Shown one piece after another: positions 46,681 through 58,781 of a stretch of DNA of 64,000 bases (the first letter of the stretch is position 1; every line of letters starts with the position of its first letter). This DNA is from Zancudomyces culisetae HAW-14-8 (Eukaryota > Fungi > Kickxellomycota), in contig JBNJNM010000008.1 in the NCBI GenBank assembly GCA_052426225.1, positions 1,798,001 to 1,862,000 of the forward strand, read 5' to 3'. A model generated the notes under the pieces. The model was not told the DNA's origin, searched no databases, and saw only the letters and a program-made list of their open reading frames with translations. Position numbers and translations under genes: made by a program.

Positions 46681-48084
46681 CTACTTGCCCTCCAAAGATA
46701 TAAAAGCCGGTTTGTCCAGAACGGGAGGTTTTCTTCTTTGAATAAATATATTCCTTTTTTTTTCACTCGTTTTGCTTTTATTTTTTCAGTTAGTTATTTT
46801 CGATGCTTATCCCATAAATACTTGCAAGAATCCAAAAAAAAGCAAAAACAAAAACAAAAACAAAAACAAGAAAGAATTCTGTAATCCTCTTTAGTGTACT
46901 CGATGATGTACAAGTTTCTGAAAATTTCTAACTCTATTACAATTACAAGAAGAATTAATGTTATTACTGTAAAAAGAAAAGTTTATAATTTATCATATTT
47001 AGTTGTATTTATTCAAAAGAAAAGTTTATTATTATTATTATTATTATTTCTGTTATTAATTATTTTCGCGTAGTTACAAAAATATTCATTTCCAATGCAC
47101 TAATTTTCTGGACTTGTTCAAAGCTGCGTTAGCTTGTATTATTTGGATTTAACAAATGCAACCTTACTATCGTACGCTTCACAATACAAAGTGCATACAT
47201 ATACTCTATTACAATAGCTAGTCTTATGCTATATGTGGGTAATGATGTACAAAACACCCATTAATTCAGCTTTGTATTCGTTTATGAACCTTAATATAAG
47301 GATGGCACCAAAAAAGAATATTAATGTTGATGCAAACGTGTGGTAATTGCAAGTAACATCCAGATAAGAACGGAATGAATCTTGTTTGAGTGCTTTTAAT
47401 TTTCTAACAAAATGCCTTGAAATATGGACATGTACTCCAAGTTTCGTTATGTACGAACGTGCGTGCACGAATATCAACATATTTTCAGAATTTGATAGAC
47501 ATAATTGTACCATTTCAAACTCTTGATATATATATTTTTTTTATTTATGGTCGTTGAAATATAAAATGCTTTTTCTCAATTCCCTTTTGTATTAGTAAAC
47601 TAGTTTATTAAAGTTGAGTATGAAAAATGGAAAAAAATATATATAGAAACCCTCCATGGATATAATTCCGATTTTGTCTAGTGGCTTTTTTTTTTTTGCT
47701 TTTATTTTTTCTCATCCTATTAGCCGTTTTATCAAGATAAGTTTTTTGAATTAAGTGATATCAAATTTTCTACAATAGTTAAATGCAATATAACTATATT
47801 TGTGCATTCTTTATATTTAAATAAACTTCTTTGTAATTTTACAATACCACAGTACTATAAAGACGTTCTCCAGAGTATTTAAGGTAGAAATAAGGAAAAT
47901 TAAACTATAAATCAGAAATAAATCGATTTTGAATCATACACGCTTTAACCCGGGTTGAGAATAAATATATATATAAGAGTATAAAACCACGAGTAACAAT
48001 TTAATTTATAAATCGCATGTAGGAATACGGCTGTCGCATTAAAAATCATAAAGGAATCGGGTACTATATTCTTTTCAGTAAAAA

Positions 48085-49473
48085 ATGTTTAAAAGCGTTG
48101 CGTATCGCACGCAAAAACTAAATCAACCAATAGTACAAAGTGTCAAAAGCAGAAAATTCGGGCACAAGGTCGAATCGCTACTCTTTACACGTTTTAATAC
48201 CACGCCATATCATAAACAGACTTGCGACACAAATGTTAGCTTCGGTTTAAGGAATGTTAACGCAAATCTAAAAATCCAATTTAGGACGTTAGGTACATTG
48301 CAACAAATTTCGACTTTGGGAACCGTGTGTAATCGAGGGTTTTCTACACAGGTGGATGGTAATACTCAAACGGTAAAAAATGAGCATCAAAGTCAACATA
48401 CAAAAACAAGCACATCTTCCGATGCAGAAATTTTGGATAATGTGCGAAAAAACAATGAAATTCAAGCAAAAAAAGTGCAGGAGATAGAGAGCGTGCATAA
48501 GGAAAGAGTGTGGAAGATTCAGCGGCCGTTGACGTCATCACAAATGGTCAAGGCATACATGGACTTATCAAAGGACAAATTAACAGCGTTTGTAGTTTTA
48601 ACAGCAATGGCGGGATACGCAATTGCACCAGCGGTTGGGACAGGAGGTATTGAGAGTCTCTTAACCTTGGCATACTTGACGGCGGGGACTAGTTTGTGTT
48701 CGATGTCAGCCAACAGTATAAATCAGTGGGCAGAGGTTCCGTACGATCTTCAAATGAGTAGAACAAGAAATCGGCCAATTGCTAGATGTGCAATTGAGCC
48801 GAGAAGTGCGATGTTCTTTGGTCTAACAAGCGGAGTATTGGGAGTGACATCGTTGAGTTTATTGGTCAATCCGGTTACGGGGATGTTGGGGCTGGCCAAC
48901 ATTGTTTTGTATGCGTTTGTTTATACACCTATGAAACGGATCACAATTTATAACACGTGGGTTGGAGCTGTAGTGGGTGCTATTCCACCACTCATGGGTT
49001 GGACGGCTGTTACAGCTGGCGCAACAGTGACTGGTGTGGGTAGTGTCTATACGGGTGGAGTATTACTTGGACTTATTCTGTTTGCATGGCAATTTCCACA
49101 TTTTAATTCGCTGGCTTATACGTTGCGCAAGGAGTATTCGTCAGCAGGGTATCGTATGATGTCGGTACTTGATCCAAAAATGAATAGCAGAGTGGCGCTA
49201 CGATACTCCGTGCTTATGTTTCCATTGTGTTATCTAATGTCCTACTTCCAAGTAACCGACTACTGGTTTGCTCTTGATTCATCACTTGTGAATGGGTACA
49301 TGTTGTATTTCTCGTATAGATTCCATCAAGCCCGCAACCTTAAAACTTCTAGATCAATGTTTTTTGCCAGTTTGGTTCACCTACCAATTATCCTGATACT
49401 GCTGATAATTCACAAACTCAAAAGTGAAGATGAAACTAAAGATAACCGTGATGGTGGTAAAGTCATTGAGTGA
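48085..49473 (+). CDS. COX10: Protoheme IX farnesyltransferase
   Basis: SANSINQWAEVPYDLQMSRTRNRP, YTPMKR, NTWVGAVVGAIPPLMGW, WQFPHFNSL, YSSAGYRM. Confidence 0.97.
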   Translation: MFKSVAYRTQKLNQPIVQSVKSRKFGHKVESLLFTRFNTTPYHKQTCDTNVSFGLRNVNANLKIQFRTLGTLQQISTLGTVCNRGFSTQVDGNTQTVKNEHQSQHTKTSTSSDAEILDNVRKNNEIQAKKVQEIESVHKERVWKIQRPLTSSQMVKAYMDLSKDKLTAFVVLTAMAGYAIAPAVGTGGIESLLTLAYLTAGTSLCSMSANSINQWAEVPYDLQMSRTRNRPIARCAIEPRSAMFFGLTSGVLGVTSLSLLVNPVTGMLGLANIVLYAFVYTPMKRITIYNTWVGAVVGAIPPLMGWTAVTAGATVTGVGSVYTGGVLLGLILFAWQFPHFNSLAYTLRKEYSSAGYRMMSVLDPKMNSRVALRYSVLMFPLCYLMSYFQVTDYWFALDSSLVNGYMLYFSYRFHQARNLKTSRSMFFASLVHLPIILILLIIHKLKSEDETKDNRDGGKVIE

Positions 49474-49939
49474 AAAAAAAAAAGTAAAATTTCATTCATG
49501 TCTTGATGACACGTAATATGTATGTATCCTCTCTACCTTCTCTTTATTATTGTTTTTTTGTAGGGGAAGAGAAGGGAAGAGAAGGGAAGCGAAGGGAAGG
49601 AAAAAGATTTGTTATAACTTTACTCTTTCTTTTTTATTGGCTAGATTTATCTTTTTTTAATAGATTTTTTTTATTTTCCACATATTAGTTCACTTGGCTT
49701 TCGATAAATCAATAATAAATAATTTCAAAGCTTGGAGTTTGTAGGTATTTGGTAATTCCACAAATACTACAATACATATCAATAAGTGATGAGGGGAAGG
49801 AGTGAGGAGGGGAGGTTGGTTTATCAAATTTGTATCAGCAGCAACCAGTAAATAAAAGGTTAAAATAAAAGATAAAAATAAAACAAATATAATATGTAAA
49901 AAAAAAAAATTAAAAAAACATACACATACAACAATGTAA

Positions 49940-52422
49940 CTAATTTATCGTCGGAGAATCAGAAGGTTTTCTACCAACATACACTGGGTTACCATCACCA
50001 ACACTCTCAAGGCTGGATGTATTTTTTGAAACCGAAAAAGGAGCAGAAATATCATTGAAGCCTGATACTCTGATACCAGGAGTCTCAGGAGTAGTGACGC
50101 TGTTACCATCCTCGTCTTGATCGGTAGAGGTTAAGATACCGATTTTTGGGTCAGAGGCCTCATACACCAGGTCGGAATTTTCGTTACTGGAATGTTTTGT
50201 CGTCGGGGAAGGCAAATCGGCGTTGGAGGTGTCATTTTCTACTGGACTTTCACTCCTGCTAACCTGGATAGTGGGAGAACTTGGAGAAAGCTTGTTTTTT
50301 ATACTCATTAGGTAATCATCGGAGTTGGAGGTGTTGCGCTCAACCATAAAGTTATCCGAGTTTATTGGTTTGGTTACTTGTGAACCAAAAGCCTCACCGA
50401 AGTCTTCTCTACTGTATTGGGAAGGGCTGGGTATGCTGGTGTTGGTGTTGGTGTTGATGCTGGTGTTATAGCTGCTAGCATCTGCGGAATATTGATTAGT
50501 GGGTTCGGCACGGTCACCATTTGAAGTCAGAATTTCTAATTTTGAATTACCATCTTTCTCCCTTTCCACTTCACTTTGCTCATCTCCTTCCTCACTCTCC
50601 TCTTCTTCGATATCAGATTCATCCTTGTCAAATATCTCTTCAACATTTCTCAACATATATTCAACGATTTTTGGCTGTGATCGAAAAACATCCATAGCGG
50701 CACCCGCATCTGTCGCTGTCATCAGAGTAGGTCCAAATACAATCGACAAGTTTGGTGCACTCATCATATTGAATTCTTGATACGATTGGACTTTGTTCAA
50801 ATGATGCATTAAATAAGAGAGTGTGTCAAGATGTCCGTATGGTAACCTTTCCAGTGCGTCTCTAAAGGCATCGATGGTGACATCGTTGGTTACATTCGAT
50901 GAATTGGCTAGTGCTTTGGTGAGGCTCACTGCACACGCCGACGTAATCAGACCCCCAGGAAGCTCTCTGAAATACATTTTGAGAACACCAGTGATACTGT
51001 TTATGTCATTTCTATACACTCCACTGTTTAAATTTACTGCGTCAGAGTTAAAATCAAATTCAGCCTTAATCTTTTGCACCACCGAGCTCTGTCCAGACAG
51101 CCGATATATTCCCTCGGATTTCAGCGCTGTGGCCTCCACCATTTCCGCACACTTAACCAATATGGATGGGACTTTCTTGCCATCTCTTCTGAGCTGTTGA
51201 CTTAGCATCACTCCAAACACCTGTTTTCTGTTGGCTAAATAATGCGCTGCGGGAAGCATTTTATATTCATAATATGATATATTCTTAAATTCGTATTTCG
51301 GAAGCTTAGTTGACCATTCGTTTATAGTAAGTCTTAAGTCATTCTCGTTGTCAATGCTTGAAACTATATCCATTAACCCTGATCCACTATTTGGCTTGAT
51401 GGTCAGGGCATCTGACAGAATTGCACACTCATATGCATACGAGTATTTTCCCAGATGCCACTTCAACGCATTGTCAATTTCCTCTAAAAACATCTTTGTA
51501 GTCATCAGTATTTTTGGCAGCTGTACCTTGTAGTATTCCTCGCGAATCAGATTTGTATCCTCCAACTGCTGTTTGTACTGCTCGGTGGCTATTTTAGCCT
51601 TTATTCTGGCCTCTTGTTCCTGTCGCTCAAGTATTTCTGGCGCCACCGTTTTATTCTGCCTAAATATCCCCGTCATTGTGTTTCCCACGTTTTTTGGCTT
51701 GGCACCATACTTTGGTGTTTGGTCCATCTTCTCGGATTTCTTCACCAAAATCTTCTCCCAATCCATCGCCTGGGTCTCGTATTTGGTTCGGACCTTTTCC
51801 AGTATCCCTTCAGATTCCTCTATCACTCGGTAATACTGCGTTTCCGCATCCTTGAGCTGTTTTCTTGTCTTTTCCTTCTCTTTACAGTAATTCATTAAAT
51901 CTTCAGCCATTTCTAACAATATCAATGAAAATTTTGTTCTATTTGCCGCCAGTTGGTCATGAAGCTCCATTGCTTTGCTCCAGCATACGCCAAAGGAGTC
52001 TACTTTGCCTCCTCCTCTATCAGTCATTTTATTGGTTGTACCCGCCAGCCGTTGTAATCCTCGACCGTACTCCTCTTCTTCTAATGACCTTTTTTTTAAA
52101 AATACCGCGGCTTCTTTGCATGTCATCAAACTAATTCGCGCCTTTTCAAGCAAAAGTTCAAAGGCTCCCTAATCATCAACCACTTATTATTAGTTCAAAT
52201 AACCGACTTTATTACCACTCCTCCTCCTCCTCACCTGTATCTAAAAAGTGGTGCTAGCTTTCTTAGCTGGTCTTTTCTTACCTTGATTTTTGCCAATTCG
52301 AGTATTTCCTCCTGTTCGTTCCTCTTTTTCAACGTTTCTTCACTTCCCTCTCTTACTTCAAACTCTCTATTCTCCATCACTTTGTTTGTAGGAACATTCT
52401 CCGTACTAAAATTTTCTGCCAT
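49940..52422 (-). CDS. F-BAR + RhoGAP protein (Rgd1/Rga7-like), one intron near the 5' end
   Basis: FLKKRSLEEEEYGRGL (FCH); VFGVML, EGIYRLSG (arginine finger), LKMYFRELP, NMMSAPNLSIVFGPTL. Confidence 0.92.
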
Positions 52423-54249
52423 TTTTTATGGATTGCTTTTTATTTATTACTGTTTATTCTATTATATTGGCTGTTTTCCAGTGTAGTCCTGTTCCGTAGA
52501 TAAATATCAATCATAAATACAAAAATAAATTGAGTTTCTCCGTTTAGCTCTGTATCGTTATTAAGATTTCGACTTTTAAAGATAAATAAAGCGCTGTTAT
52601 ATTCATATATCTTACGCTAATTGGCTAAATGGTCACAGTGTTCGCTTAGAATCAACCCTTGCTTTTCTTGTGGCCTTTACCAATATTTTCTGTTATATTA
52701 TAGCGAAAGTAGTCAAAGCTGGTTCTACCAGTTTCCTACAATTTATTTTCGGATATTCCTGTCCAAGATAAAACTATCTCTCTGTCCCGACTCACACTTT
52801 TATGGTCGCAGTATGTTTATTCCCTTTATTTGGCTCTTTTTTAGCAATATCGTAAATCAACCCCGTTAAAATATCTCCAACCACTTTTGTAGTGAATTGT
52901 CGAGATCGAATCCAGATTTATTTTTTATGCACCTGCAGATTTAACCCTTTATTTTTTAGAAGGGAGAAAATAAGGATAGCTAGCCCTTTCTGTGAACAGT
53001 TTAGGTTATTAGTATTAGTGTTTAGTCTGTTGTACAATATACCAAATTTTACTAAAAATAGTTTTTTTTCTAAAAAAAAAAAAATAGCTACTGGGGTCTA
53101 TGGTGTTCTTTTAGATATTTGTCCAAATTCAAAAAACGAAAATTTCAAATGCGTATTAAAACCTTATTTTATTCGCTCAGCTTTAATTAACATACTTTTT
53201 TTTTTTGCTTAATACTCGAATGCCTTGTCTAAAAGGTGTTGGACTCCATTCTGCCAATTAATTTGCAAATGTTTTAAATACAATTAAACACCAATATCTG
53301 ATTAACACTTTATTTGCAAGCTTACAAAAAATCACAAAAATTAAAATAAAAAAACACCTAATTTTCGCTTTTGCAACAGGAAGGCTTGAGGTTTCACTTG
53401 GACAAGCGAAAACAGGAATTAAAAAAAACCAAGCGGCTCATAAAACGTCTATCCCTTCATTTATTATATCTCCTCCTTTGTCACTCATCTCCACCTTCTC
53501 CACTCTCTCCTCACACACACATAAATGCTTTTATACTCTATATAAGTCTTTACATTATGGTAGGCATGGGTATTATGTATTCTGAATGCTTTTGACATTT
53601 GTGATAAAAAACATGCTTTTATGGTGTGGATTTGGTATTTTGGATTCTCTCAGGACCACTGAAAATCAGGGTAAATTTGCCAAAATTACGTTTACAAACA
53701 ACCCCAGCTTTTTATTTTATAATGCTTTTTTTTTTGTCTTTTTGACTTTTAATTTATTTATTATTTTAATTTTTCCATAGATAATTTATTTAAATCACCA
53801 GTGACTCTTCAGAGTCTAACCAATTGTATACCGTGAATATTTTAGTTATTGTGATTTCACCATTTTTCTTCAAAACAAGCCTGTTGATTATATTCGAAAA
53901 TAGCAAGTCTTTTTAGCTTTGTAGCGCAGCTACCAAAGCTCCCATTATGCTGGCTGCGATGAAAGATAATCAGCTCGTTATGCCTTCGTAATGTTGTGCT
54001 GTAGCACTTGTCGTTGCTAGGTAAACATACCGTTAAGTGGCTTTAGATAATTCTTCGAATTGTTGTTTGATGATTTTACTGGCTCATATATGATCAAGCA
54101 CCAATTACATTCCTCAGCTCGACTCCATTGTTTGTGCAAATATTGGTAATTGTTTATCCAGGTTAACAAACCTGCAAAAGCAGTTCATTCTCCCTTTGCT
54201 CCTCTTTTTCCAGAAAAGTCAGCATATGACAAACATTTAAACCCAGCCA

Positions 54250-54496
54250 ACCAAATTTAGAGAGGTTTTCATTTTCACAGTCTAAGCCTGGTATAGCAGA
54301 ACGAGCAAGTGGAAGACGAGAAATCTCCGTAGAAGCCAGCGAGAAACCCCACCTCTTCTCACTGACCCCTCCCCGTTTCACATGCTCCTGTAGAGCAAAC
54401 TCGTACAAGATCACTTAACCCGCTCCGCCGGTCTGTGTGAACGTGTATACTCACACCATCTCAGTTCACAAACTCGCGGCTTTTGATTGAGCGGTG
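54250..54496 (-). ncRNA. Candidate structured RNA, family not recognised
   Basis: GC-rich intergenic island; long nested helices that close with G-U pairs on the minus strand only; adjacent TATATAAAA. Confidence 0.45.
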
Positions 54497-55264
54497 TTTT
54501 ATATATTGCTTCCTGCAGGTATAAAAAAAAGTGGTTGATAGGTGCCATTTTAGGACATTTCTCACTATTTTACATCATAACACTTGTTTCGTGTTAAAAC
54601 AGACACCACACCATTCCCGATATCCTTAATTTTAAAATTTTCTTGCAGGGGAGGAAGGAGAGGGTGAGAAGGGTCAATATTCATCAATAGCTGCAAAGAG
54701 CAATAGTGAAGCACTGCTATTTTACTATCTATCGCAATGGCAACCGAATATCAGTATGTCTACACACCTATTATATGTATTGGAACTACTAAAAGGGGTA
54801 TCGAAATACAGAACATACAAAACAGATCTCGTAGTCTTTTCGCTAGTAAGTTCTCATCCATCTATTTATCCACTCTTTTGGTAAGGTGTTGGATGTAATG
54901 GCATTATGGACTACTAACAGCGAGCCAAGAGATATCAACCTAAAGATATAAATGCAACCCAAATTACAAGGCTTCTTCTATTTTAAAGAATGTGTTTAAG
55001 TTTGAACTGCTGCTCAATATGTGATGTATTCTAACTCTTTTTTTTCGTTCTAGTATTTTTTTTTTCATGATACAAAATTCGGGTTTCAAAGACCAACAGA
55101 TCAAAAAAAAAAATATTGTGAAAATCTTAAACCGAATTAAGTGGCAAATATATGATTAAAAAATTTTTTTAAATCTTTTTTTTTCAAGATTAAATCGTGT
55201 AAAATATAAGGCGTGATTTGAGTTTCAATAGCAATCAACGAAATATAGCCGGAAACAATTCAAA

Positions 55265-56839
55265 ATGATAGATGACGACGAGCAAGTTTTTGGGCCACAG
55301 AGGCCTTTACCAAAGTTCGATACCGATATCGCTAAATTGGACGAGGAAATGAGCAAAGAGCCCTTGTTCATGACCCAAATGCCAACTTCTGAGGAAGCCG
55401 AAGAAAATGTCACGCTACAGGCACTACAATCGCTGGCATTTGATGGAACACCAGAAGGTAAAGATACTGTACTGTAAACATATACTCTTGAAAACGGCAT
55501 CTTATCTCATGCTTAATATTTTGTTTTTTATTTAGTTTGGTTTAGTTCTACTGGTACAAAAGCAAAAGTGTATAGCGGTTTGAGTCTTTAGCTAATAGAA
55601 TGTTTTATATAAAATAGAGATTGCGGAGAATTTTAAGGAGCAAGGAAATGACAGGTACATTTGCAAACAATATCCAGATGCGGTCAAATTTTACACTCAA
55701 GCACTCGAACAGGAATTTGAAAATGACAAGTTGAGGGAAACCCTGCATTCCAACAGAGCCGCAGCTAATCTTGAGCTTAGTAAGCAAATAAACTATCTTT
55801 TTTCTTTTTTACGTATATACTATCTGGTAACTTTATGTTTTAGAACAAGAACAATTATTAAATTAATTGGTATACAAACTTAAATAGAAAATTATCGAAA
55901 AACCCTTAACGATTGTTATAAAGCTCTAAAGCTCAACCCAAAAAATGAAAAGGCGTTATTTAGAGCGGCAAAGGCCTTATTAGACTTGGACAAATGCGAA
56001 GAATCAATCAACTGCTGTCTACTTGGACTAGAAGTTAATCAGAACAACAAGAGTTTCAAAGTAACGATGGAAAAAGCAGAAAAGCGAAAGAAGGAAATCG
56101 ATGCCGTAGAAGAGCAGAGGAGAAAACGAAGAGAGGCGGAACTAAAGCGCTTGACTGATATTGACGACGCATTGGCTGTAAGTTTTGTTTTATTTTGTGC
56201 TATCCTTTTTCTATTTGCGAAACACAATTATGTCGCAGGTTGTTTATTTTTTATTTTCTGAAACTTATTGTATGATTTGTTTTTTTTTACCTTGTCATTT
56301 AGAAAAGAGGAATCAAACTAGTTGAAGGAGATATGACTGAAGCAGAGAGGAAAAAAAAGGATTTGGATCCTGAATACTCACCGCAAGGTACAGACCGTTT
56401 GAAGGCATTGTGGGAAAACAAGGCGGAAAGGCATGTGCGAATCAACAATGAAAGTGGAAATTTGGAGTGGCCAGTTCTTTTCCTATATCCAGAATTCAAA
56501 GAGTCTGATTTTATTGAGCATGCTGACGAGCACGATTCGATTTACGATCAGATCTTGACTATTTTTGAACAACCGGCGCCCTGGGATGATCAACTGAACC
56601 CCAGATACCTGCCCCACCTTCTCGATGTTTATTTCCATTACCGTCCGAAAAATGGTTCTGAAGAAGATGAACTGCTCATAAAAGTTAACCCAAACATGTC
56701 GCTATCTAAGGCGTTAAGCAACCCTAAATATGCGGTAGTTGATGGTATCCCTAAGTTTGTCATATTGGCTAAATCTGGGGAGTTTACAAGCACCTACCTT
56801 CAAATGTATAGAGACCGTAGACTTGCAAGATCCAAATAA
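55265..56839 (+). CDS. CNS1: Hsp70/Hsp90 co-chaperone Cns1/TTC4, 4 exons
   Basis: PLFMTQMP..LQALQSLAFDGTPE/EIAENFKEQGN..NRAAANLEL/ENYRKTLNDC..KALFRAAKAL../LEWPVLFLYPEFKESDFI. Confidence 0.93.
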
Positions 56840-57141
56840 TAAACTCTCCCTTTTTTTTTCTATTTTGTAATAGTTTAGACGCATTCAAAGGTTACCCCTG
56901 CCGCATAATTTTTTTTTTGTAAAGCTTTATTTAACCATAGGTAGTATCCTGTTTAGTCAGACAAAAATGTTATCCTTGGCACTTTGTTGGTTTTTTTTCT
57001 CTTCACTCCCCTTTTGACAATAGTTTGTGAAATGGTAATGTTATCACTAGTCTATGTTGGGTGGAACTATCAATAGTAGCATCGGAATGCATCCATGCCT
57101 TGGTATTTCTAAAGAAACACTTTAATTATTATAACAGTAAC

Positions 57142-57186
57142 AATAATGATAATAATGATAATGATAATAATGATAATAATAATGAT
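57142..57186. repeat. (AAT/GAT)n microsatellite
   Basis: Read directly. Confidence 0.85.
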
Positions 57187-57391
57187 TAATATTGTTGATA
57201 AAAAGCAACTAAACCACAAAATCTATAAACTTAAATTGCCGATTTTAATTTCCTCTATTTTTATTAACACTCAATATGCTAGTTGTTAGCTTTTCCGACC
57301 AAAATACAACAAACATCCTGTAGCCAATTGTGAATTATCATACTTCTTCCCTTCTCCCTCCTCCCTCCTCAGTGCGACATATCAATCGTTA

Positions 57392-58195
57392 TCATGACAT
57401 TTTATAACCATCTAACACGTCACCCGTATGAGCTTCAATGCTAGCAGGCTTATTCCGCCACTTTCCCTCGAAACCACTTAAACGCTCCAATTGTTTACAT
57501 ATCGTCTTTGCCATTTCGTGTAGGTGCCCGATATTTGTATATGTATCCGCAATTATTGTGCCATAGTACTCTGATACATTAAATTGCACCACATGCATGA
57601 TACTATACATTGCGGTTATTATAATCGGTTCATCCACATCTACCTTATGTAGCTGTTTTTTTTTTGCAAACACACACATACAAAGCAAGAATGAAGAGGG
57701 ATTTAGTTAGAAGCTTATACTCGCGCTATCTCAATTCTACCCATAGTTACTTACTCTATCAAATACTTCAAAGGATTGGTTAAATAGCAGATCCTCTAGC
57801 TGTGGTTGATTCATTTCAGGATTCACCTCTATTTGATTGAGTGATTTGTGGTACATAATCTCATTTCGCCTCTTCTCTTGGGTAAATTACAGCATGCTCA
57901 ATCATGATTTATATTAACAGTGATACTAAAATGCATTTTCGTAGATTTTTTGGCTGTGTTCGCGTGACTCACTTACCTTTGAAAATGGCTTCTCTTGCTG
58001 AATTGTATATACCAACTAACATTAAACCTTCAACACTATGTAGTTATATTTTCGTTTTCATTCTACCTTTTTATCTATACCCAGTCTGTTCCATTACACA
58101 TTTTGTTTTTTTTTTACTAGTTAACATAATAGGTATATTTCTTACTTTTCGATTTGTTCATTCAGGTATCGTAGAAATGTTTTCTTTTCTGTCAT
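57392..58195 (-). CDS. Possible multi-exon hypothetical protein
   Basis: Coding-like blocks bounded by GTAAG donors, but I could not join all exons in frame. Confidence 0.3.
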
Positions 58196-58781
58196 TTTTA
58201 ACACTTTTGTCTCTCGTTCTTTTCTTTATCTACAAATATTTAGAAATGTCTGGATGATATATACCTTAATTTCGCTCTATTACCAGAACCTTATTTTCAG
58301 TGCAATTGTTCTGGGTTTTATTTGTTGCTGGCTTTTGGTATTTAAATGAACATTTCGTGGCTATTTTGTATTTACAATATCCCAGACTCGAAAAACTGGG
58401 GAAAATATGATGGAGAAGTGCGCAATGTGTTGTATAAGCGAGAAAAGAAATGTCCAGAGCGATTAACCAATCAGCCCAATCTACAAAAGCTCCAGTTACA
58501 CATACCTGATTATCCCAGGCATTTACATATTGAAGCCCACAAATCACATTTATTCATGAACTGCTGCTATCTGCTTAGTTATTCCTTTCATAGCATATGT
58601 TACACAATAAACCGCTATTCGCTTATCTTGGTAGAAAATGTTATATCTCTTCCACTTTGAATGTTAATTACTATTTTTTATTTATTTTAGAGTCTCCAAA
58701 GTATCACTTAATTAACCTATGAATAAATGGAGAAAATGAAAATTTAAAACACTGTTTTCACTAAAAAAACAGAATAAACAC

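Noticed and set aside
54430-54470. TPP riboswitch (CUGAGA..AUAC on the minus strand)
   Set aside because: The downstream GAACCUGAU..UAAU..GCG consensus is absent
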